Part shown: positions 16,706 to 26,048 of the stretch, in pieces
How positions within the stretch are numbered: the first letter of the stretch is position 1
Layout: every line of letters starts with the position of its first letter
Origin: Bacteroidales bacterium UBA1181
Lineage (GTDB): Bacteria > Bacteroidota > Bacteroidia > Bacteroidales > Paludibacteraceae
Length of the DNA: 64,000 nt
Reading direction: 5' to 3'
Assembly: GCA_002310215.1 (NCBI GenBank)
Contig: DBYR01000013.1
Span: forward strand, 147,137 to 211,136
Translations under genes and position numbers: made by a program
The notes under the pieces: model-generated
What the model saw: only the letters and a program-made list of their open reading frames with translations
What the model was told of the DNA's origin: nothing
The model's database searches: none

Positions 16706-19471
16706 TTAACTATCTGATTGATCCTTCTCCTTCTTCTGCGAAGGAGGATAGCCAAAGTATTCCTTGTACTTGCGGCTGAAGTAGTATGGACTGCTGAAGC
16801 CCGTCGTGAAGGCCACCTCTTTGACTGGCAAGTTCGTGGTCCGCAACATCTCGTCCGCCTTCTTCAAGCGATGGACACCGATCATCTCCACCGGTGTTTG
16901 CTCCGTCAGCGGTTTCAGCCTACGGATGAGGGTGGATTTGCTGGTGGACATCTCCTTGGCCAGCTCCTCCACGGAGAATTCAGGGTTCATGTAGTTGCGC
17001 TCTATGACCTCCATCACCTGCGCCATGAACGGGTCGACGGCTGGTTCCTGCGTTGCATCATCCTCCTGTCCTTGGGACTCCGTCGCATGCGCTGTAGCAT
17101 CCCCGGATGTGTTTGCCACTGGTTTTTCCACATAGACTACTTTGTGCCTCTTCTTTCCATACATCCAATATAGGAAGGCCAATAGGGCAAGCACCACCAG
17201 GTTGATGAACCACCATGATCTCCACCAAGTCGAAACGACGGTGATTGGCAGCATCAAGTGGGTGGCTTGATCCTCGTCCCCTAACTCATAGACAGATAGT
17301 TCCAGTTCATATTTCCCTGCGGGAAGATGGTCCAGAACCACCTCCCTCCTGCCGTTCAGATTCTTCCATGTACTATCTACCCCCTTGAGGCGGTAGGTGC
17401 AAACAACATCCAGTCCCGAAAGGGAGACCACATCGAAGGCGATATGCGTTTCCAAGTTGCTCTCCTTCAGGCGGAGCTTGCCATCCCGCAAAGATAGTCT
17501 GAGGGATTGTCCATCGCCCCCTTTCCCGGTCACGTCAGACCATGCCAAGAACCTGATGGTTCCGGAAGAGCCCATCTGATTAGGGTTCAGCATGATGAAA
17601 CCATTGGAGCACCCGAAGAACATATTGCCCTTCGAACTCTCATAAATGGCGCGGGACTGGAAAAAGAGCTTCCCGTATTTGTCCATCGGGAGCGGAATGG
17701 TCCTGTAAGTTTTTTCCTTCAGGTTGACCCTATAGATGCCCGCCGTACCGTCGCACCACAGGAACCCCTGTTTGTCGAAGTAGACGGAGACGTATTTCGC
17801 GGTAGGCAGATAGTCCAAAAGGCTCATCGTCCCATCTTTCTTGGAGACACGGAAGACACCGTAGTTGGAGGCGACGTAAAGGTTCCCCTCCGCATCGCAG
17901 TGCCCGTCGACGAATATGCATGGTTCCGTCGTGTTAGGGGGAGTCTTCCACGAGAAGAAACGCATTCCTGCACTATCGCAACGCCAGACGTTATAAGGGG
18001 AAATCACCCACATCATACCATCCGGTGCCTCCTCCATATCGTCGATCCAACGATCGATGATATCCTCATTCACCACGAAAGATTTCTTCTCCCATGTGCC
18101 GTCCGTGTGGCGCACATAGACACCGTCTCCTTGTGTGGCGACCCAGATTTCTCCATTACGTAAGTGGCGCACGCATTTAGAGCTATTGACCGTATTCTCC
18201 AATCCGTTGTACCTGAGGGGTGACACCCTTCCATCCTCCGAGACGATACCGATGCCACCGAACCAGGAGGAAACCAGCGATTCGTTCCCCCTCCAACGAC
18301 AAAAGGAGAGGATGCTCCTTCCCATGCAGGAGAAGCCATCCAAGTATTGCATGAACTTGCCTTCGCCCGTCACCAGATAGGCGCCGGAGCCATCCGTCCC
18401 CACGAATATATTGCCGTCGGGACGTTCTAGGAAACAAGAGGCATCCACGTTCGGATAGCCCATTTCGGACGAATGGAAAATCTTAGAGCTGTTCTCCGCT
18501 TGATAACGGAACAGACCATTCACCTGTGTGCCGATCCAAATGCTATGGTCTGAATCCTCGAACAGGGCATGAACTTTCTTCAGGTCCTCATCCCCCTCAT
18601 AGGATTTCACCTCGACAAATTTCCCGAAGTGGTCCATCCGCCACAAACCATCTCCCCACGTGCCTAACCAGACACGCTCCTTCGTGTCTTTCAGCATGAT
18701 GGATACGTTCTTGAATGGCGTATTCAGTTCTTTGGCGACAGGCAATCCTTCCCCAGGAATATCAAATAGCCAAACACCCCCCATGTTGGTGGAGACCAGA
18801 ACGCGGGCAGAGTCCAGCTCTAGAATCGAGGAGACTGGCGCCTTGTCCTTGGAGAGCGAATAAAGCTTCAGTTCCTCCCCTTGGGAAGAGAAGAGATGAA
18901 GCCCGTCGAAAGAGCCTACCCAAAGATTACCTAACCTATCTTCATAAAAGGATTGTACGAGCAACTGACTCGTGGTGCCTGTCAAAAGCGAGTCCTCCGA
19001 AAAACGATTCCGCAACGTGTCATACGGGAAGATGCCGCTTGTGGTCAAGAGTAGACTCCTTCCATCCCGCAATCGGGAGAAACCTGTCACGGACTTCACG
19101 TACTTCTCCATCAATTCAGGGAAACGTCGGTTTAGGAACGTATCGGCAGCGATCTCGTAAGTCTGCAACATGCCATGATCCCCACCAAAGAGAATCTCTC
19201 CCGATATGGAGCTCGTCAGGCAACTTACGCTATTCTGCATCAAACCTCCTCGTTTCTTGGAGTAGTTCTTGAAATATGTGCCGTCGAACCGGCTCACCCC
19301 GTCCTGCGTGGCGACCCATATAAATCCGTTGCTGTCTTGTCCGATTCCTAAGACAAAGTCACAGCACAACCCATCCTTTGTCCTATAATGGTCAAAACAC
19401 AAATGCTCACTCGCACACAGCATGTGGCAAGAGAAAAGCATCGAAAAAACTATAAGCAACCTAAAACACAT
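16706..19471 (-). CDS. Membrane-spanning one-component regulator: periplasmic beta-propeller/Y_Y_Y sensor, one TM helix and an AraC-type HTH (no kinase or receiver domains)
   Basis: 921 aa. Repeated W..T..G propeller motifs, TM helix WWFINLVVLALLAFLYWMY, and a C-terminal HTH (STLIRRLK...AFTTGFSSPYYFSRKYKEYFGYPPS). Confidence 0.85.
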   Translation of the reverse strand: MCFRLLIVFSMLFSCHMLCASEHLCFDHYRTKDGLCCDFVLGIGQDSNGFIWVATQDGVSRFDGTYFKNYSKKRGGLMQNSVSCLTSSISGEILFGGDHGMLQTYEIAADTFLNRRFPELMEKYVKSVTGFSRLRDGRSLLLTTSGIFPYDTLRNRFSEDSLLTGTTSQLLVQSFYEDRLGNLWVGSFDGLHLFSSQGEELKLYSLSKDKAPVSSILELDSARVLVSTNMGGVWLFDIPGEGLPVAKELNTPFKNVSIMLKDTKERVWLGTWGDGLWRMDHFGKFVEVKSYEGDEDLKKVHALFEDSDHSIWIGTQVNGLFRYQAENSSKIFHSSEMGYPNVDASCFLERPDGNIFVGTDGSGAYLVTGEGKFMQYLDGFSCMGRSILSFCRWRGNESLVSSWFGGIGIVSEDGRVSPLRYNGLENTVNSSKCVRHLRNGEIWVATQGDGVYVRHTDGTWEKKSFVVNEDIIDRWIDDMEEAPDGMMWVISPYNVWRCDSAGMRFFSWKTPPNTTEPCIFVDGHCDAEGNLYVASNYGVFRVSKKDGTMSLLDYLPTAKYVSVYFDKQGFLWCDGTAGIYRVNLKEKTYRTIPLPMDKYGKLFFQSRAIYESSKGNMFFGCSNGFIMLNPNQMGSSGTIRFLAWSDVTGKGGDGQSLRLSLRDGKLRLKESNLETHIAFDVVSLSGLDVVCTYRLKGVDSTWKNLNGRREVVLDHLPAGKYELELSVYELGDEDQATHLMLPITVVSTWWRSWWFINLVVLALLAFLYWMYGKKRHKVVYVEKPVANTSGDATAHATESQGQEDDATQEPAVDPFMAQVMEVIERNYMNPEFSVEELAKEMSTSKSTLIRRLKPLTEQTPVEMIGVHRLKKADEMLRTTNLPVKEVAFTTGFSSPYYFSRKYKEYFGYPPSQKKEKDQSDS

Positions 19472-19608
19472 AAACTAAAAGAAGCGCTACAAAAATAATT
19501 TTTTTCTTTCTCTTTTCCACGCCCCAACTTCCTATTTTTGAGAAATCAAGGCACAAAACGGAAACATTTTTTAGCGGTTCGGACGCTTTGGTTTTGCTAT
19601 CTATGTGT

Positions 19609-20799
19609 CTACGATGATAAATCCTCCATCATCAGAAAATCTTTGAGGCGGATGTGTTGCACGGTGCTCGTCGAATAATCGTTCTCATCATTGGTGATGA
19701 GGATCTTCTTACGGGAATTGTCGAGTTCATTGAATGGTGCGAATTCACGCTTGTAGGTGCTCTCCTCAACCACGCTGTAGGCCACTTGCACAAGATACTC
19801 ATGTCCGTTCTTTACGGCGAGGAAATCAATTTCTTTGTTGTTCATGTTGTACACCTTGAGTTGGTAGCCCATGTAGATAAGTTCGTTATATACCACATTT
19901 TCAAGGTTATGCGTGATATCAAAACGATTATTGGGCTGACGGATGGAGTTGAAGGCCACATCCTCGTCATATAGTTTCGTGTAGAATTCGAGCTGTTTCT
20001 TCGCCTTGGTTGAGTATTGCTCGACCTTTCGGATAACGTATGCCTCTTCCAGGTAATCGAGGTATTTCATCACCGTATTTACCGAACAATCAGTCTTTTG
20101 TGATTTCAGATAATTGTGGACGGAGTTGGAACTGAAGATACGTGCGTTCGATATGAGCACATAATTCACCAGCTTTGTGAATATTTCCTTCTTGCGGATG
20201 TTATAACGGTTGATGATGTCGTTCAATACAATCGTCTCGTCCAAGTCGTTCAGGTAACGGAGCATCTCATCTTCTCCTTTGAATTCTATCCTTTTAGGAA
20301 ATCCCCCATATATCAGATAGTCGTTTATGGATACTGTGCGCCCGAGTTCTTGGGCATATTCCACAATCTCCTTGTACACGAACGGACGTATGGTGAATGA
20401 GACATAGCGCCCGCTCAGCTCCTTCGTGAACTCGCGCGAAAGCAGTTTTGAGTTCGATCCTGTAATAAAAAGCGATATGTTTCGCAGACGGAGCGAATGA
20501 CACGCGAGATTCCAGTCCTTCACCATTTGTACCTCGTCCAGGAAAACATAGACCTTCTTTTCTGAAACAATCTTTTTTTCAATGTACTCAATGAGTTCGA
20601 TGTCATTGGTGATTTGGGAAGAAATATGCCTGTCCTCGAAGTTCAGGTAGATAATATCCTTCCCCTGCGCAGTGAGTTCGCTTTTTATCTGTTCCAGCAC
20701 TACCGATTTGCCACATCGACGAATGCCGGTGATAACTTTTATTAGATCGCTTTCATAAAACGGTCTGATTTGTGAAATGTATCTTTCCCTGACTATCAT
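19609..20799 (-). CDS. AAA-family ATPase with a DUF4143-type C-terminal domain
   Basis: 396 aa. Walker A GIRRCGKS and Walker B VYVFLDEVQ. The architecture is typical of AAA_14/DUF4143 proteins. GC looks lower than in the neighbouring genes. Confidence 0.8.
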   Translation of the reverse strand: MIVRERYISQIRPFYESDLIKVITGIRRCGKSVVLEQIKSELTAQGKDIIYLNFEDRHISSQITNDIELIEYIEKKIVSEKKVYVFLDEVQMVKDWNLACHSLRLRNISLFITGSNSKLLSREFTKELSGRYVSFTIRPFVYKEIVEYAQELGRTVSINDYLIYGGFPKRIEFKGEDEMLRYLNDLDETIVLNDIINRYNIRKKEIFTKLVNYVLISNARIFSSNSVHNYLKSQKTDCSVNTVMKYLDYLEEAYVIRKVEQYSTKAKKQLEFYTKLYDEDVAFNSIRQPNNRFDITHNLENVVYNELIYMGYQLKVYNMNNKEIDFLAVKNGHEYLVQVAYSVVEESTYKREFAPFNELDNSRKKILITNDENDYSTSTVQHIRLKDFLMMEDLSS

Positions 20800-20806
20800 A
20801 CGCTTC

Positions 20807-20848
20807 CTACTGAAAACTTTTTACAAATATAGCAAAAGTTTTCAGTAG
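20807..20848 (-). promoter_or_regulatory. Perfect 15-bp inverted repeat bracketing a -7 box upstream of the DUF4143 ATPase gene
   Basis: CTACTGAAAACTTTT (20807-20821) and AAAAGTTTTCAGTAG (20834-20848). On the minus strand the 12-nt spacer contains TATATTTG. Confidence 0.45.
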
Positions 20849-21058
20849 AGGGTCGTATCAGAAAAAATCCATATCATTTCCTGCTTTCGATAGAGCCCAC
20901 CAATTCTAATGTCATGCCTAAACGATGAAAATGGGCCTAAATGCAACAAATGTATATCTTTTTGCCACACACAGATAACCTACAGAATGCTTTATTTCTC
21001 GACATTTGCAGAGTAAGTATTAATGAAGCATATGTATTTTATTAAAACAAGAGTTATC

Positions 21059-23770
21059 ATGAAAACAACAAAACTTGTATTACTATTTTGCGCACTGTTT
21101 TGGATCGTAGGAGAGTCGACAGCGGCGATTTCCACCCAACCCGTCACAAAGGACGCTACGGAGGGGGCTACACTATTGTATAAATTTCTGTATGATCATT
21201 TCAAGAAAAACACGATTTCAGGGGTTATGTGCGGCGACATGGACAATGGGGCAAGCTACAAGACCCAAGTGGATGTGGCTTACCTCTATTCCATCGACGG
21301 TAATAAGTACCCGGCATTGGTGGGCGTCGACCTCCTGAACGCCACGGGCGCGCAATCGGACGAGGCATGGTTCAAGACCTACACACAGTCGGGCATCAGC
21401 CTCGCCAAGGAGCTTTGGAAGGATGGCGGAATACCTTCCTTCAACTGGCACTGGAAGGTGGGCTCGGAAAATGCCTTCTACGCAAAGGGGGCGAACGACA
21501 GCTACACGGACTTCGACTATACCAAAGGCTTCAAGGCTGGCACCACCGAGTGGGACACCTCCTCGGAGACCTACCGACTGCTCATCGCGGACATCGACCA
21601 TGTGGCTGACCTCTTCCTGGAACTGCAGGCATCGGGCGTGGCAGCTATCTGGAGACCGCTCCACGAGGCTTCCGGCGGATGGTTCTGGTGGGGCACGAAG
21701 GGCGCGAAGAGCTACGTGGCGCTCTATAGACTGGTGTACGACCGCATGGTGAACGTCAAGGGCGTCAAGAACCTGATATGGGTCTGGAACCTCGAAAAGG
21801 ACCCTACCCAAGGCTATGCCTACAACGAGGCATGGTACCCGGGAGATCAATATATCGACGTGATCGGTGTAGATATCTACAACGGGGCGAATAATACCCA
21901 GTCTAATATTAATACCTGGAACACCATCATATCCAAGATGGGTAGCGATAAGATCCTCGCCCTCACGGAGAACGGTCCGATCGTGGACCCTGCCGAAGCG
22001 CAGAAAAATGGTGACATCTGGTCATGGTGGATGCCTTGGTACAACTCATGGAGCGGTGGTTTCATCGATCAAACCAGCGCCAGTCTCTGGAAGAGCGCCA
22101 TGAGCAGCGACCTCATCATCACCCTCGACGAGATGCCGGGATGGGGCACTTACCAAGAGGTGGAGGATCCCTCCTGTGCGGAATCACTCAAGAAGAATAT
22201 CTACGAGGCGGAATGCTCCGCGGACTATGTGGCGTCCGTTGAGTCGGTGAACAAGGTGTCCGGGAGCGGTGCGCTGAACCTCAAGGAGAGCACCGACTAC
22301 ATCAATATCAACATTCCCTTGGAGAAAAAGGGCTCTTATAAGGTATATGTGGGCTACAACTCCGTCTACGGATTCAAACAGATCGACTGCGCGGTGAACG
22401 GTGTGAGCGGAACCGCCAACCTAGGAGAAGACAAGGATGATGAGAGCGTGGACAAGATGGGGGAGACCCTCGTGGGCACGTTCGAATTCGCCGCTGGCGA
22501 GAACGTGGTGAAGCTCACGCCTATCTGGACATGGGCGGTGGTAGACTACGTACGCATAGAAAAGGACAATGACGCTCCTGTGTATGAGTTCAATGTTTCG
22601 GACGTGGACGGATTCAAGGTGAGCGGCAACAAACTGCTTGACCGTTGCGACAACGAGTTCGTGATGAGGGGCGTCAACCTAGCCTACACCTGGTACAAAA
22701 GTTCCGCCTACGATCAGCTGAAGGCGATCTACAATAACAAGGCGAATGCGGTGCGTATCGTCCTGACCAACGGCAACGCCTACGGTTCGCCAGCGGACGA
22801 CGCGGCTTCCGTCAAGAAACTCATCGACGCTTGCAAGGCGTATGGCATGGTGGCCATCCTGGAGGTGCATGACGTGACAGGAAGCGATAAGATCAGCGAC
22901 CTCGAAGGAGCGGCGCAATACTTCGCCAACCTCGCCAGCACGCTGAAGGGAACGGAACACTACGTGATCATCAATATCGCCAACGAGTGGCACAACTCCT
23001 CCTCCGCGGCCAACTGGAAGGATGGTTATGTGAAGGCCATCCCGATCATCCGTAAGGCAGGCTTGCGTCACTGCATCATGGTCGATGCGGGCGGATATGG
23101 ACAGAGTGCGGCCACCATCCACACCTACGGAAAGGATGTCTTGGCGGCAGACCCTGAGAACAACGTCCTCTTCTCTATCCACATGTACGGGACAGCGGGA
23201 AACAAGAACCGTGTGAAGAGCAATATCGACGGAGTCATCAACCAAGGACTCGCCCTCTGCATCGGAGAGTTCGGTTGGTACCATAGCGATGGGGATGTGG
23301 ACGAGGACCAAATCCTCTCCTATTGCCAAGAGAAGAACGTGGGCTGGCTGGCATGGTCATGGTATGGCAACGGAAGCCCGGTGGAGTACCTCGACCTCGT
23401 GAAGGACGCTTCGTCCACCCCAACCCTAGCCACACAGTCTGCGGAAGGAAACTCCTGCGCATGGGGGAAGAAAGTTGTTGACGCATGGAAGGCGGAGAGT
23501 AAATACGCTATGTTAGATACATGTCCGGGAACAGGGCTCAATGATATCGCATCCTACGGAGAGAAATCGATGCTCTATTACGCACAGGCGGAGAATACCC
23601 TGTACGTGAATACGGAAGAGGGTGGTACCCTGCGGATCATCGACCTCAAGGGCACGACCATCGACACGAAGCACATCAGTCCGAAGGAGAGCGTCATCAG
23701 TTTGGAATGGCTCCCCAAGGGTCTATATATCGCCCATTTCGAGGGTTTAAGTGTGAAAATAGTACGATAG
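21059..23770 (+). CDS. Bifunctional secreted beta-mannanase: GH26 + CBM-like module + GH5, with a T9SS type-A CTD
   Basis: Signal peptide MKTTKLVLLFCALFWIVGEST. GH26 signature WRPLHEASGGWFWWG. GH5 motifs IINIANEWH and CIGEFGW. CTD ends ...LPKGLYIAHFEGLSVKIVR. An alternative start exists at 21023. Confidence 0.85.
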   Translation: MKTTKLVLLFCALFWIVGESTAAISTQPVTKDATEGATLLYKFLYDHFKKNTISGVMCGDMDNGASYKTQVDVAYLYSIDGNKYPALVGVDLLNATGAQSDEAWFKTYTQSGISLAKELWKDGGIPSFNWHWKVGSENAFYAKGANDSYTDFDYTKGFKAGTTEWDTSSETYRLLIADIDHVADLFLELQASGVAAIWRPLHEASGGWFWWGTKGAKSYVALYRLVYDRMVNVKGVKNLIWVWNLEKDPTQGYAYNEAWYPGDQYIDVIGVDIYNGANNTQSNINTWNTIISKMGSDKILALTENGPIVDPAEAQKNGDIWSWWMPWYNSWSGGFIDQTSASLWKSAMSSDLIITLDEMPGWGTYQEVEDPSCAESLKKNIYEAECSADYVASVESVNKVSGSGALNLKESTDYININIPLEKKGSYKVYVGYNSVYGFKQIDCAVNGVSGTANLGEDKDDESVDKMGETLVGTFEFAAGENVVKLTPIWTWAVVDYVRIEKDNDAPVYEFNVSDVDGFKVSGNKLLDRCDNEFVMRGVNLAYTWYKSSAYDQLKAIYNNKANAVRIVLTNGNAYGSPADDAASVKKLIDACKAYGMVAILEVHDVTGSDKISDLEGAAQYFANLASTLKGTEHYVIINIANEWHNSSSAANWKDGYVKAIPIIRKAGLRHCIMVDAGGYGQSAATIHTYGKDVLAADPENNVLFSIHMYGTAGNKNRVKSNIDGVINQGLALCIGEFGWYHSDGDVDEDQILSYCQEKNVGWLAWSWYGNGSPVEYLDLVKDASSTPTLATQSAEGNSCAWGKKVVDAWKAESKYAMLDTCPGTGLNDIASYGEKSMLYYAQAENTLYVNTEEGGTLRIIDLKGTTIDTKHISPKESVISLEWLPKGLYIAHFEGLSVKIVR

Positions 23771-23789
23771 TAAGGATAATGATTGCGGA

Positions 23790-24584
23790 TCACACGGAGA
23801 CCTTGCCTGCGATGTGCGGGTGGGGGTCATAATTCTCCAGGGTGAAATCCTCGTAATCAAAGGAGAAGATATCCTTCTTCTCAGGATTAATCCTCATTTG
23901 TGGCAGCTGGCGAGGTTCCCTTGTCAGCTGCAATTTTACTTGCTCCAAGTGATTCGTGTAGATATGCGCGTCGCCCAACGTGTGGACGAAGTCGCCCGCC
24001 TTGAGACCCGTCACCTGCGCCATCATCTGGAGGAGCAAGGCGTAGGAGGCGATGTTGAAAGGAACGCCCAGGAAGATATCCGCGCTGCGTTGGTAGAGCT
24101 GGAGGCTCAGTCGGCCATCCGCCACGTAGAACTGGAAGAAGGCGTGGCAAGGCGGCAGGTTCATCCGCTTGAGGTCCGCCACGTTCCAAGCGCTGACGAT
24201 GATACGGCGCGAGTTCGGGTCCTCCTTGAGGGTCCGCACCACCTCCGCTATTTGGTCGATATGCCCGCCGTCATAGTCCGGCCAGGAGCGCCACTGGTAT
24301 CCGTAGATATGTCCGAGGTCACCGTCCGGGTCCGCCCATTCGTTCCAGATACGCACACCATGCTCCTGCAGGTACTTCACGTTCGTGTCGCCCTTCAGGA
24401 ACCAAAGCAGTTCATAGATGATGGATTTCAGGTGAAGCTTCTTCGTCGTGAGCAGGGGAAAACCCTCCTCCAGATTGAAGCGCATCTGATGTCCGAAAAC
24501 GCTGATAGTACCCGTACCTGTGCGGTCGCCCTTCTGCGTGCCCTCGTCCAGCACACGCTGCAAAAGATCCAAATATTGTTTCAT
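23790..24584 (-). CDS. thyA: Thymidylate synthase
   Basis: 264 aa. [38 protein letters not shown]... and [11 protein letters not shown] are canonical ThyA motifs. Confidence 0.97.
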   Translation of the reverse strand: MKQYLDLLQRVLDEGTQKGDRTGTGTISVFGHQMRFNLEEGFPLLTTKKLHLKSIIYELLWFLKGDTNVKYLQEHGVRIWNEWADPDGDLGHIYGYQWRSWPDYDGGHIDQIAEVVRTLKEDPNSRRIIVSAWNVADLKRMNLPPCHAFFQFYVADGRLSLQLYQRSADIFLGVPFNIASYALLLQMMAQVTGLKAGDFVHTLGDAHIYTNHLEQVKLQLTREPRQLPQMRINPEKKDIFSFDYEDFTLENYDPHPHIAGKVSV

Positions 24585-25189
24585 GCCAGTTCAGTCAATC
24601 AATTTGAAGACAAAGGTAAGAAATATTCGCAAGCATTGTCAGGAAAAAGTGAAAAACGCAGGACGGAATCCTCGTAGAGGAGAGATGTCGGAGAGATTTA
24701 GTAATTAAGAACATATAATTGGGGGAGATTCTTCCTCCCAAAATTTGGACAAGGCAGAGGATAAATAATGATTACCCGTGAATCTCTAATACGTCCAGTG
24801 AATCCGACGTGGTATAAAATCAAAAAATTCACACATATATTTGTTGAATTCAAAAACATCAACTACCTTCGCCAACGTTTTCGGGGAGAAATCCGAAAAT
24901 CGAGAAGGCATTTTTTGCATGATGTCCTAACCTTATAAAATTCGCCAAATTTTACGTCAAGGACAGATGTAGGATGATGCCCAGTCTAATTTTGTATATG
25001 TGATAGGTATACACCTATACTCGTATTCAAATTGGACGTGGGATGTTCTATATTCTATGTTCATTTGACGTGTGGTGTTTGGCGATACCTATAAGGTAAT
25101 GGACGTAAGGCGGAACAAGTCTCACGTCCTTTTCGTTTTTATGAACGTTCCCGACTTCGGAGGCTTTTAGGGAAAGTTATTCAAAAAAA

Positions 25190-26029
25190 ATGATCTTGAA
25201 GAATGTTTTGTTTCGGCCGGCGAAGTGCCGGAATTTGGCTTTGGGAATGATTTTGTGCGGATGCGGCAACGCCTTCTCCGCCGTGTATCTATCAGAGGTG
25301 TCCAATCTTGTGGAGGATCCTTACGTCGAGTTGTTCAACTCGTCCGATTCCATCGTCTCCTTGGATGGATGGTGTATGGAGTGTGGCTTGAGCCGCCATA
25401 CGTTGCGGGGCAGTATGTCGCCCGATTCGGTAAGTGTTTTGAGGTTCGAAAGACCTTTTGTCGTGGGCGATTCCCTGCTCCTGCGCAATGGAGAGGGCGA
25501 GACGGTTGATAAGATCGTATTCAAGGAAGCGAAGGGCGACCGTTTTGGGGGGAAGACGACCTTCCAGAGGGATACGGTTGTGTTGTTCCACGACGGCAAA
25601 GTGTTGTCCGAGTTCTCTCCGTTCAAGCTAATGGCGGGTTCGGAAGGGAATGTACCCGCTTTGTTTGAGCAAGACCGTTCGACGCTCGTTTACTCCTTCG
25701 ACAGGGAGAACAACAGATTGGTAAGCGATTACAGATCTCGAGAAATCAAAAAGACATCTACGAGATTCGAGCAAAAAGCCCTTGTGGGAGAGGGCGAGCA
25801 ATCGATCACAGTCTCCCCTAATCCGGTAAGAACCATATTAAACGTGGAAAGCACAGGAATGGAGAACACGAAATTCAGCTTGCAGAACATCAACGGGCAA
25901 ACCATCCAATGCGGCACGATAGAAAACGGTTCCGCACAAATCGACATGAGCGGATGTGTTTCAGGCGTTTATTTGCTAGTGATAGGTGACGGCAAGGCGC
26001 AACAGACTATTAAAATCGAAAAGAAATAA
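25190..26029 (+). CDS. Lamin-tail-domain (LTD)-like secreted protein with a T9SS type-A CTD
   Basis: 279 aa. YLSEV...DPYVELFNSSDSIVSLDGWCM resembles an LTD. C-terminus ITVSPNPVRTILNV...GVYLLVIGDGKAQQTIKIEKK resembles a T9SS CTD. Confidence 0.65.
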   Translation: MILKNVLFRPAKCRNLALGMILCGCGNAFSAVYLSEVSNLVEDPYVELFNSSDSIVSLDGWCMECGLSRHTLRGSMSPDSVSVLRFERPFVVGDSLLLRNGEGETVDKIVFKEAKGDRFGGKTTFQRDTVVLFHDGKVLSEFSPFKLMAGSEGNVPALFEQDRSTLVYSFDRENNRLVSDYRSREIKKTSTRFEQKALVGEGEQSITVSPNPVRTILNVESTGMENTKFSLQNINGQTIQCGTIENGSAQIDMSGCVSGVYLLVIGDGKAQQTIKIEKK

Positions 26030-26048
26030 CTTGAAAAATAATTAAATA

